DNA of 64,000 nucleotides, from the IMG/VR virus record IMGVR_UViG_3300002092_001784, positions 160,001-224,000 of that record; one strand, 5' to 3'. Positions 55,536-64,000 of the stretch are shown here, piece after piece. The notes beneath the pieces were generated by a model that did no database searches, was not told where the DNA came from, and was given only the letters and a program-made list of their open reading frames with translations. Positions within the stretch are counted from its first letter, which is position 1; every line of letters starts with the position of its first letter. A program made the translations under genes and the position numbers. This stretch comes from a virus (lineage: Duplodnaviria; Caudoviricetes).

Positions 55536-58500
55536 ATGGCAAGAATTAAGAAGTATTCACCAAACATAGACCCTCATCTAACAAACTATGCTACATTTAT
55601 AGTAGATACAAACCCAAATTCGGATTACTTTAAGATTACCGAATTTAAGGAGGCGTTTACTGGTGGAAAGAACGGATTTTTAATTGAAGGTTCGGAACAT
55701 CTATTAGAAACTACTGAAATCAAAATTGAAATTTTAGATGTAGATGGTAATCCTATATACTATGAACCTGGGCAAGGTGTTCCGGAATATTACGAAGGGT
55801 TATCCAAAGTTGTTGCCGTTTATATTTACGAAGATACTCCAATTGGGACAGCCAAAATAACAATACTTGGTGAATTAAAAACGTACAACACTAATGGTGT
55901 AGTACAAACAATTCCAGCCGAATGGCAAAATCTATACAATGTAAAATGGGAAAAAACATTCAAAGTAAATCGTTTACTTTCAAACGAAGATAAAGTACGA
56001 TTCTATAAAAGACCTCAAGTACAAATTGAAGAACTTGTAAAACCGTTATATTCAACAACCTTAAATCAAATAACTCAAAATGGCATTGTTAATGGGACGC
56101 CGTTATCGCCGGTAGAAGGACAAGATTTAACCAATTACAAATTGGCAACCTTTTACAGATTGACAGCTACGGATACTACGGCTTGGACTGGCTCAATCGT
56201 TGGTACTTCATTATCATTCCCTGATATAAATTATTATCCATTAGCAGATGAGGTTATAAATACAAATGAGTTAATTGTCAGTACACCATACACCTCGGGT
56301 TCAATCGTACAATCATTTGTATCACAGAGTTATACAGCATCATTCAGTTTATTAAGTGGTATTAGTGCAAGTACTGTAACTGGTTCATTTGCTAAAATGA
56401 CAATAAGTGATTTAACTACATTTGTTGGTGATGTTGCACGGGTAAAAGTATTTAGATTATCCGCATCTGATGTGGGAGACTATCAATTTGTACAAGAGGT
56501 AGTATTAGAATCAAATGAGTTACTTGTTGATTTGAATACAACAAATTCATTGCAGGAATATTATGGGATATTTACACAACCTATATTAGAAACGTATTGG
56601 GTAACCTCATCAAATAATTTGGTAACTACATTCGATCAAAGTTATCTTTATGATTCGGCAAGATTCAATGGGACCGATATACCTAACTATTTTTATACAG
56701 TTGATACCATACCTATTACGGCTGGTGTTGAATACACATTAGATTTTAATGTAAGATTATCTCAAAATGTTTCATCAAGTTATTATATATCCGCATTTTT
56801 AAGCGGTTCTCGTCAAACTACTGTAAATGGTATTCCAACCACAATTCAGATAAACCAACCGATAGCAACCATAAACTCATCGGATAGTTTACTTCAGAAA
56901 AGTACAAGTACAAGCAATATAAATGCGGAAAGCATTGATAATGCAAAATTGTATTTTGAAATAGTTGGTAGTGGGTGGTATATAGCTAATGTTAGTTTTA
57001 AGGCATCCCAAGAAACAGCATTTTCGCCTGATGTGATAAGTTTTATCCAATCCGTACCAAGAAGTTTACCAACTGAAACTTTTAATTATCGTTTTGAGTT
57101 TTACGATATAAATAACAATTATATCCCTGTTAAAGTAGAAGCATCAAAAACTTTTACCGGTGGTAATCAGCAGGCGTTAACAAAAACATTACGGTTACTA
57201 CCAAATAATTTATATTTCCAATTCGATTCGGCATCAAAGGCAGTTCCACCGACTACAATTAACTTTAACATACAATCAACCGGTATTACCAGCTCTTTCA
57301 ATTATACATCTCGATCATTTGATATATCGGGATTTCCGGTATCACAATCATTGTATATCGGAGGACAGTATCCGGGATTATTACAATTTGATAGTTCATC
57401 GAACGCATACCTAACCGTAGGTAATTTTACGGGATCGAATCCAGCCGTCAGTGTACAGTATATTGAATATACGGTAGAATCCGAAGGTGTGACAGATAGT
57501 ACTGTAATTACTAAAATGGTTTCGGGTGCATCTGGTCTTCCGGGTGCAGATGGTGCGCCTGCTGTAACATATACGATTAGACCATATAATGGAACGGCAA
57601 TTAGAAATAGTAGTACTGCAAGTTTAGAAGTACAGGCAGTAAAAACAATCGGTTCTGCTGATATTCTATTAAGTAGTACTGCGATTGATAATGCTGGAAT
57701 TGTTAAATTACACGTATTATCTGGCTCAAAATATATTCCATTAGATAGTGCATCTGCGGCGGGTTATGTTGTGGGGTTAAAAACGGGTTCTATTGGAACG
57801 CATGAAATAAATTACAATCCAATATTTTACAGAGAATCAATTACAAATGAGATAGTTTTGTATCTTATGCCTGCTTCGGCAAATCCATTACCTTCTCAAA
57901 TTTATACATCATTAACACTTCAAGACCTGCAAGATGGATTGAATCCCGGTTCTTTATCCACAACGGGAGATATGCTTACGAGTGATTATACGGTATCAAC
58001 TGTATTTTCCCCAACAAAGGGTGCAGCAACTGCATCTTTCTTTCTGAGAGGAACTACAACCAATCCAATAGTGGCATGTGTGGATGTATATCCATCTATG
58101 TCATATGATAGTAACTTTTTACCGAGATATTGGTTATATTATACAACAGGAAGTGTGAATCCTACTATTTCCGTTCAAGCGGTGGACGATAATAAAAATA
58201 TTGTTCAAATGGGTGCACTGGGATCATATACTGCTGATTTGGCAAAACAAAGTAAAAATATATCATTTACATTTACTTATACAGAACCATATACACAGGC
58301 AACAGCAACCGCTAATAAAACATTTACAATCGTACCATCGGCAAGAGCGGGATACGATGCAGTTTCATTTGAATTAACACCACCAACCATTGTGTTAAAT
58401 GCGGACGCGAAAGGTAATATATTGGATTATTCGCCTACTATTACAGATTTGAGAGTAAAGCAAGGTGTTAATTACCTAACATTTACAGGTTCTGGCGCAG

Positions 58501-61500
58501 GGGGGACATTTTATACATCAAGTGCAATCACTTCGGTTAACATAACTAAAGGTACACTATCATCATCTACCGCATCTTTACATTTGGGAGTGGCATCTAA
58601 TTCTACAAAATTAAGTGGTAGTATAACATATCCGATAACATATCATCCATTCTTTACACAATCATCGTACACTACTACAATTACACAACCAATTAGTACG
58701 GTATTGGCAGGTGCGCCACCTATTAATATTATAGTATCGCCATCCGCATATAATTTTACTGGAGATCAAAATGGTGTTATTAATAATTATACGGGCTCAA
58801 ACACTAAAATACAAATACAAGAAGGTACTGATTATTTAGTATATACCACAACTCCTGGGCCGGGAACATTTCAACTAAGTTCTGCCACATTTAATAATAT
58901 TACAGCATCTTCTATTGTGGGAAGTGGTAACACTGTAAATGTAACGGGATTTTCAAATATGAATCCGTTAATAACAACCGCAAGTGTTAATTACAATTTT
59001 GTGGTACATCCATATTCGATATACCCCGGATATTCGATTGGTACATCTTCATTGAGTACAACTCAAATATTTACTCGTGTTAATGCAGGTCCTACTGGTA
59101 GTTCGGGAACGTCTGGAGCCGATCCTGTTGTAATTACTATTAATCCAACTACGGTAGTATTAGGTGCAGACCCGATGGGTGTTGTAACTGGTTCTGGGTA
59201 TTTGCCAACGGTAACTGATATTACATTGATGCAGGGAACTCGTTATCTTGCATTTACATCATCTAAACAAACCGGTTCGTTTTATACTTCTAGCGCAATT
59301 GTTGGGGCAGGTATCACCGTAGGACAATTATCGGGTTCATATACGGCTTCACTACATTTGGGTACGGCATCGTTAATGGTTACCGGTAGTTCACTTACGG
59401 CAAGTATTACATATCCTTTGGTAATTTATCCATATAATTCATCATCATATACAACAACTGTAACTCAACAAATTACAAAAGCCGTACAAGGTGGGTATCC
59501 AATAACTGTAAATCTTAATCCTACTGCCGTTTCACTTCCTGCTGATTATACTGGACATATAACAGATTATACACCGGCAAATACTCAAATAACCGTAACT
59601 GAAGGGCCTCACTCATCAGTATTTACTGCAAGTGGAGCACCCGGTACTTTCCAAATGTTGGCGGCAATAGCAGATGGGTGGTCATCGTATCCAAGTCCTG
59701 CTGTTGGTGATAATACACTTACTGCAAGTTATAGTGGCTCTACGGCAACTGGAAATTGGGTAATGGCTGATAATATTGATGCAGCATCTATAAATTATCT
59801 TATGTTGGTGTATCCATATTCATTAACATCATATGCCACTCTTGTATCAAAAACTCAAACATTTAGTAAGAGTAAGGCCGGTGCAGCCGGTGTGTCTGGT
59901 ACGAGTGGAAATTCTGCAAAAACATTAATGTTGAGTGCTACTTCTCAGATATTTACAAAATCTAAGACGGGTACGATTTCACCATCAGCAATTGGATTTA
60001 CAGCTAAAAAACAAAATTTAACAGGCACAACTACATTTCAATCAAATCCTAGTGGATTACTATCATCGATTGTGGGTGATACTGCTGTTTTAACTTCTAC
60101 CGATTTTGGATCAAATACATCGGTTGCAATAACCGCATCCGTAGTTGATGGCGCAACTACTTATTATGATTATATGACGGTTGCTTTGGTTTCTGATGGT
60201 GGTAACGCACTTACTGCGGTTTTATCAAATGAGGCAGTAGGTATTCCGGCGGATTATTCTGGTAATGTTTTAAGTTATAATGGATCGGGTACTGTTATTT
60301 ATTTATATGAAGGATCAACTCAATTAGATTATACGGCATCAAACTCGTTTAATAATGGTAGTTGGACGGTAAGTGCAGCATCGGTTGGAATTAATGATGC
60401 AGTTATAACCGATACGGGAACAACTGCTACCGTTTCCGATTATACGCAAATGGGATATGGTATTAACAACGCAACTGTAACTTTTACGATTACCGGTAGA
60501 ACTCAAAATGGTTCATTATTTTCAGCATTAAGTAAAACTCAAGTTATAACAAAAGTATTACAAGGAATTTCTGCTAAGAATTTATCAATAAATGCTTCTT
60601 CGTTTACATTTAGTAGTAATGCAGTTGGTGCAGTTACACCGACATCAATTTTGTTTTCAGCAACTAAACAAAATATAACAGCACCTGTAACATATACATC
60701 CGTGCCATCGGCAACTTTTACAAATTTGGTAAATGATACGGCTACATTAACTTATAGTAATTTTAGTTCAGCAGTTGGTTCTGCTACATCATTGATTGTT
60801 ACTGCCTCTTGTACGGATGGGGCTGTTACCTATTATGATTACACAACAATTAGTTTGATAAAGGATGGTACGAATACATTAACACCTGTATTATCAAACG
60901 AAGCAGTGGCAATACCCGTTGATTCTAGTGGTAATGTTATTAGTTACGCTGGTACTGGAACTCAACTTTATGTATATCAGGGTACAACTCCATTAAATTA
61001 TGTACTACAATTTCCAACGGCATCGGGGTATTGGACAGCAGTACCGATTGGAACTAATATTATAGTATCATCGGGAGTATCAGGCGATATTTCCGCAAGT
61101 TATGCGGATTATAGTGGATTAACCGTAGGTGCTACTGGGGCTACTGTTAATTTTATTATTTCTGGGACAGGATTGAACGGAAGCAGTTTCAGTGGGTTAT
61201 CAAAACTACAAACAATCGCAACTGTAAAATCAGGAACAAGCGGTACGGCAGGTAGTAGTGGTACAGCAGGTAGTAGTGGTACAGCAGGTAGTAGTGGTAC
61301 AGCAGGTTTATCGGGTAGGGTTTTAAGATTAACAACACCATCGCAAGTGTTTACCAAATTAAAGACCGGTGTAATTACACCAACTTCTATATCACTAACT
61401 GCCATTCCACAAAATATAGTAGGTACATCTGCATATGCCACATTCTATTCATCATCGGTAGTACCTGCTGGACCAATGAGTGTTGTAGGAAATGTAGCAA

Positions 61501-64000
61501 CAATTACTTCTGCAAACTTCACAGGAAGTTCTGGTACAAACGCATCTATGATTGTTACGGCATCTATGTACGATACCACAACTTTAACTACCTATTCGGA
61601 TTATATGACCGTTGCTTTGGTTACGGAAGGTAGTGATGCTATTACAGCAGTACTTTCAAACGAAGCAGTTGCATTTGCATCCGATATAAACGGTACTATT
61701 TCTCCTGCAAATTATGCTGGCAGTGGTACGAAAATATATGTATATCAGGGAGCAACTCAATTAGATTATACCGGCTCATCACCTACTGCAAGTTCATGGA
61801 CTACGGTAGCTACTGTAAATGGTATAAATTCGCCAGTTATCACCGATGGTGGAACTTTTGCGGTTATAGCTGATTATACATCTATGACTTCTGATGCAGC
61901 AAGCGCTTCATTTGCAATAACCGGTTACGGACAAAATGGAAGTAGTTTCTCACCAATTACAAAAATTCAATCTTTTGTAAAGGCAAAATCGGGAACGAAT
62001 GGTACGGCAGGTAGTAGTGGTACTGCTGGTTTATCGGGTAGAGTTTTAAGATTGGCATCCCCATCCCAAGTCTTTACCAAATTAAAGACCGGTGCAATTA
62101 CACCAACCTCAATAACATTAACTGCTAATACACAAAACATAGCAGGTACAAATAGTCCTTCGGGTTTGGCGGGAAAGACTCTGACATTGACGTCTGGAAC
62201 AGTACCTCAGATATTTACTAAAACGGGTACAACACTTTCACCAACACAAATGGTTCTCACCGCAAATCCGCAAAATATAGTAAGTGCGTCTGGTACTTTT
62301 GTAACATTCACAACTTCATCGGTTGGTTCGGCTGGGCCGTTAACTATTGTAGGAAACGTAGCAACACTACCATCGGCATCAATGGGGGCTAATACATATA
62401 TGGGTATTACTGCTTCAATGTATGATATTACAACGGGCGCAACTTATTCGGATTACATAACAGTGCCTGTTGTTGTCAGTAGTGCTACTACAATTACACC
62501 AGTACTTACAAATGAATACCATTTAGTTCCTGTTGATAATAATGGTGGTGTTATAAGTTTGGCAGGTAGTGGTACATCAATATATGTGTATCAGGGTGCA
62601 ACGGCATTAACATATGTTACGGGCCCAACCACTGCAAATGGACAATGGACTATGACAGCAGTTGCAAACGGTGTATCTTCACCCGTTATTGGTGGAAGTG
62701 GTACTACTTTCGCTACAATTGGTCAGTATTCATCAATGACAGCAAATACCGCTACTGTTACCTTTACAATATCAGGAAAACAATCTGGAGGTACAGCATT
62801 TGGTCCGATTACAAAAACACAAACACTTCTACAAGTAAAATCGGATATATCGGATGTTGCCACATTCACATTTTCTTCAATTACACCTGCCGGTCCGTTG
62901 AATATTATTGGAAACAATGCAACAATTACTTCCGCAAATTTCACAGGAAGTGCCGGTAATAATACTGCTATGGTTGTGACTGCTTCAATTTATGATACGG
63001 CTACCAATTCCAACTATTACGATTATATGACCGTTGCTTTGGTTAATGAAGGTACAGATGGTATTACGGCAGTACTTTCAAACGAAGCACAAACATTCGC
63101 ATCTGATATAAACGGTAATGTACTTGCCTCTAGTTTTGTTGGGAGTGGTACGAACATTTATGTATATCAGGGAGCAACACAGTTACAATATACTGGTTCA
63201 TCACCTACCGCAAGTTCATGGACTGTAGTAGCTACTCCAACCGGCATGAGTACTCCATCGATTACAGATGGTGGAACTTTTGCGGTTGTGGCTGATTATA
63301 CATCTATGACATCAACAGCAGATTCTGCTAGTGTTTCATTTGCAATAACCGGATATGGTCAGAATGGAAGTAGTTTTTCACCGATTACAAAAATACAATC
63401 ATTTACAAAAGCAAGGTCTGGTACGAACGGAACGGCAGGAACAGCAGGAACGGCAGGTGCAAATGCAGTTGTTATAACGATGACACCACCTGCACAAAGT
63501 GTACCATACAGTAGTAGTTATGGTACTCCAGTCACAGTACAAGTATCAGTTGTGGAAAACGGAACGGCATATACACCAACTACTGCAAATCCACTAACTG
63601 TAAATTCAACATATAGAATTACCGCAGTAAGTGGGTGTACTGTTAATGCGGTAACTGGTGTAGTAACACCAACAACACCATCTGCATTGACAGGAACTAC
63701 TGCTGTTTTTTCTGTTCAATACAGAGATAGTAAAGGTATTATTTCCGGAACAATTAACCAAACACATATTGTTACCGTAGTTCCTAGTGGTGATCCGGGA
63801 CCGGGTGTTGTTTATAGGGGTGCATATGTATCTACGGTTGTATATTATTACACACCGACCCGTAGAGATGTTGTTTCATATGGTGGGGTATATTATTTGG
63901 CAAATAATACAGCTAAAAGTGGTACTAACGGTTGGGCAACTCCAACTGGTACGGGTGATTGGGCTAATTTTGGTGCAACGTTTACATCTGTTGCTACTGA
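55536..64000 (+). CDS. giant tail fibre/adhesin (>2820 aa), 3'-truncated by window edge
   Basis: MARIKKYSPNIDPH...; same frame still open at window end (WANFGATFTSVAT); absent from track, consistent with no stop; tandem beta-rich repeats and Gly/Ser/Thr linkers. Confidence 0.85.
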   Translation, partial: MARIKKYSPNIDPHLTNYATFIVDTNPNSDYFKITEFKEAFTGGKNGFLIEGSEHLLETTEIKIEILDVDGNPIYYEPGQGVPEYYEGLSKVVAVYIYEDTPIGTAKITILGELKTYNTNGVVQTIPAEWQNLYNVKWEKTFKVNRLLSNEDKVRFYKRPQVQIEELVKPLYSTTLNQITQNGIVNGTPLSPVEGQDLTNYKLATFYRLTATDTTAWTGSIVGTSLSFPDINYYPLADEVINTNELIVSTPYTSGSIVQSFVSQSYTASFSLLSGISASTVTGSFAKMTISDLTTFVGDVARVKVFRLSASDVGDYQFVQEVVLESNELLVDLNTTNSLQEYYGIFTQPILETYWVTSSNNLVTTFDQSYLYDSARFNGTDIPNYFYTVDTIPITAGVEYTLDFNVRLSQNVSSSYYISAFLSGSRQTTVNGIPTTIQINQPIATINSSDSLLQKSTSTSNINAESIDNAKLYFEIVGSGWYIANVSFKASQETAFSPDVISFIQSVPRSLPTETFNYRFEFYDINNNYIPVKVEASKTFTGGNQQALTKTLRLLPNNLYFQFDSASKAVPPTTINFNIQSTGITSSFNYTSRSFDISGFPVSQSLYIGGQYPGLLQFDSSSNAYLTVGNFTGSNPAVSVQYIEYTVESEGVTDSTVITKMVSGASGLPGADGAPAVTYTIRPYNGTAIRNSSTASLEVQAVKTIGSADILLSSTAIDNAGIVKLHVLSGSKYIPLDSASAAGYVVGLKTGSIGTHEINYNPIFYRESITNEIVLYLMPASANPLPSQIYTSLTLQDLQDGLNPGSLSTTGDMLTSDYTVSTVFSPTKGAATASFFLRGTTTNPIVACVDVYPSMSYDSNFLPRYWLYYTTGSVNPTISVQAVDDNKNIVQMGALGSYTADLAKQSKNISFTFTYTEPYTQATATANKTFTIVPSARAGYDAVSFELTPPTIVLNADAKGNILDYSPTITDLRVKQGVNYLTFTGSGAGGTFYTSSAITSVNITKGTLSSSTASLHLGVASNSTKLSGSITYPITYHPFFTQSSYTTTITQPISTVLAGAPPINIIVSPSAYNFTGDQNGVINNYTGSNTKIQIQEGTDYLVYTTTPGPGTFQLSSATFNNITASSIVGSGNTVNVTGFSNMNPLITTASVNYNFVVHPYSIYPGYSIGTSSLSTTQIFTRVNAGPTGSSGTSGADPVVITINPTTVVLGADPMGVVTGSGYLPTVTDITLMQGTRYLAFTSSKQTGSFYTSSAIVGAGITVGQLSGSYTASLHLGTASLMVTGSSLTASITYPLVIYPYNSSSYTTTVTQQITKAVQGGYPITVNLNPTAVSLPADYTGHITDYTPANTQITVTEGPHSSVFTASGAPGTFQMLAAIADGWSSYPSPAVGDNTLTASYSGSTATGNWVMADNIDAASINYLMLVYPYSLTSYATLVSKTQTFSKSKAGAAGVSGTSGNSAKTLMLSATSQIFTKSKTGTISPSAIGFTAKKQNLTGTTTFQSNPSGLLSSIVGDTAVLTSTDFGSNTSVAITASVVDGATTYYDYMTVALVSDGGNALTAVLSNEAVGIPADYSGNVLSYNGSGTVIYLYEGSTQLDYTASNSFNNGSWTVSAASVGINDAVITDTGTTATVSDYTQMGYGINNATVTFTITGRTQNGSLFSALSKTQVITKVLQGISAKNLSINASSFTFSSNAVGAVTPTSILFSATKQNITAPVTYTSVPSATFTNLVNDTATLTYSNFSSAVGSATSLIVTASCTDGAVTYYDYTTISLIKDGTNTLTPVLSNEAVAIPVDSSGNVISYAGTGTQLYVYQGTTPLNYVLQFPTASGYWTAVPIGTNIIVSSGVSGDISASYADYSGLTVGATGATVNFIISGTGLNGSSFSGLSKLQTIATVKSGTSGTAGSSGTAGSSGTAGSSGTAGLSGRVLRLTTPSQVFTKLKTGVITPTSISLTAIPQNIVGTSAYATFYSSSVVPAGPMSVVGNVATITSANFTGSSGTNASMIVTASMYDTTTLTTYSDYMTVALVTEGSDAITAVLSNEAVAFASDINGTISPANYAGSGTKIYVYQGATQLDYTGSSPTASSWTTVATVNGINSPVITDGGTFAVIADYTSMTSDAASASFAITGYGQNGSSFSPITKIQSFVKAKSGTNGTAGSSGTAGLSGRVLRLASPSQVFTKLKTGAITPTSITLTANTQNIAGTNSPSGLAGKTLTLTSGTVPQIFTKTGTTLSPTQMVLTANPQNIVSASGTFVTFTTSSVGSAGPLTIVGNVATLPSASMGANTYMGITASMYDITTGATYSDYITVPVVVSSATTITPVLTNEYHLVPVDNNGGVISLAGSGTSIYVYQGATALTYVTGPTTANGQWTMTAVANGVSSPVIGGSGTTFATIGQYSSMTANTATVTFTISGKQSGGTAFGPITKTQTLLQVKSDISDVATFTFSSITPAGPLNIIGNNATITSANFTGSAGNNTAMVVTASIYDTATNSNYYDYMTVALVNEGTDGITAVLSNEAQTFASDINGNVLASSFVGSGTNIYVYQGATQLQYTGSSPTASSWTVVATPTGMSTPSITDGGTFAVVADYTSMTSTADSASVSFAITGYGQNGSSFSPITKIQSFTKARSGTNGTAGTAGTAGANAVVITMTPPAQSVPYSSSYGTPVTVQVSVVENGTAYTPTTANPLTVNSTYRITAVSGCTVNAVTGVVTPTTPSALTGTTAVFSVQYRDSKGIISGTINQTHIVTVVPSGDPGPGVVYRGAYVSTVVYYYTPTRRDVVSYGGVYYLANNTAKSGTNGWATPTGTGDWANFGATFTSVAT
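61251..61304 (+). repeat. 3 x 18-bp perfect tandem repeat encoding GSSGTA
   Basis: GGTAGTAGTGGTACAGCA at 61251, 61269, 61287. Confidence 0.95.
61464..63439 (+). repeat. about 550-bp direct duplication inside tail fibre gene (61464-62010 and 62886-63439)
   Basis: Long shared tracts, e.g. gattatatgaccgttgctttggtt, gcagtactttcaaacgaagca, gatggtggaacttttgcggtt, tcatttgcaataaccgg. Confidence 0.9.

Noticed and set aside
62645-62959. Plus-strand 104-aa ORF and minus-strand ORFs 61109-61441 and 62723-62944
   Set aside because: Shadow frames of the giant fibre gene with atypical composition.
61464-63439. Template/variable repeat pair of a diversity-generating retroelement
   Set aside because: Differences between copies are not restricted to adenines, both copies are in frame in one gene, and no reverse transcriptase is present.
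59080-63460. Collagen triple-helix domain in the fibre
   Set aside because: G-x-x runs are only 3-8 triplets of Gly/Ser/Thr/Ala; better read as flexible linkers.
1-64000. Stop-codon recoding (TAG or TGA read-through)
   Set aside because: Long conserved genes are intact under the standard code, and TAG/TGA fall at natural gene ends.
1-64000. tRNA or rRNA genes
   Set aside because: No GGTTCGA(A/G)TCC T-loop with cloverleaf context and no rRNA-like sequence found by eye; tRNAscan-SE would be decisive.

Overview
64-kb segment of a large, AT-rich, contractile-tailed (T4-like/jumbo myovirus-type) bacteriophage, almost certainly infecting a Bacteroidota host. The host call rests on many exact TTTG-N20-TAnnTTTG Bacteroidota sigma70 promoters, SD-less AGTTATG starts and a Bacteroidota-type OmpA. 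Standard genetic code. No tRNA, CRISPR array or integrase was seen. Layout: (1) about 1-25 kb is an accessory/early region of many small ORFs plus RNA ligase, cyclic-phosphate receiver-like protein, HNH, KTSC, OmpA, SF2 helicase, dCMP deaminase, PhoH, 5'-nucleotidase, HD protein and Hsp20. (2) about 25-31 kb has UvsE, ThyA, DHFR, a degenerate peptide deformylase, a gp55-like late sigma factor, a ferritin-like protein and holin-like genes. (3) about 32-50 kb is a baseplate/tail module with two free-standing homing endonucleases. (4) about 51-55 kb has primase and a fused Mre11-Rad50. (5) 55536 to past the window end is a >2800-aa repeat-rich tail-fibre/adhesin ORF that the supplied ORF track misses. 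The most unusual signals are: an integron attC-like hairpin/cassette array at 23.6-24.4 kb in which the recombination-site loop supplies the start codon and N-terminus in frame with the downstream cassette; nine 56-bp promoters carrying a TTAACA-N5-TTAACA tandem box at invariant spacing; three duplicated gene 3' ends (thyA and both genes upstream of the homing endonucleases); and an A10 slippery site that would fuse a membrane protein to an EF-hand-like tail. All family calls are from motif reading, not database searches.
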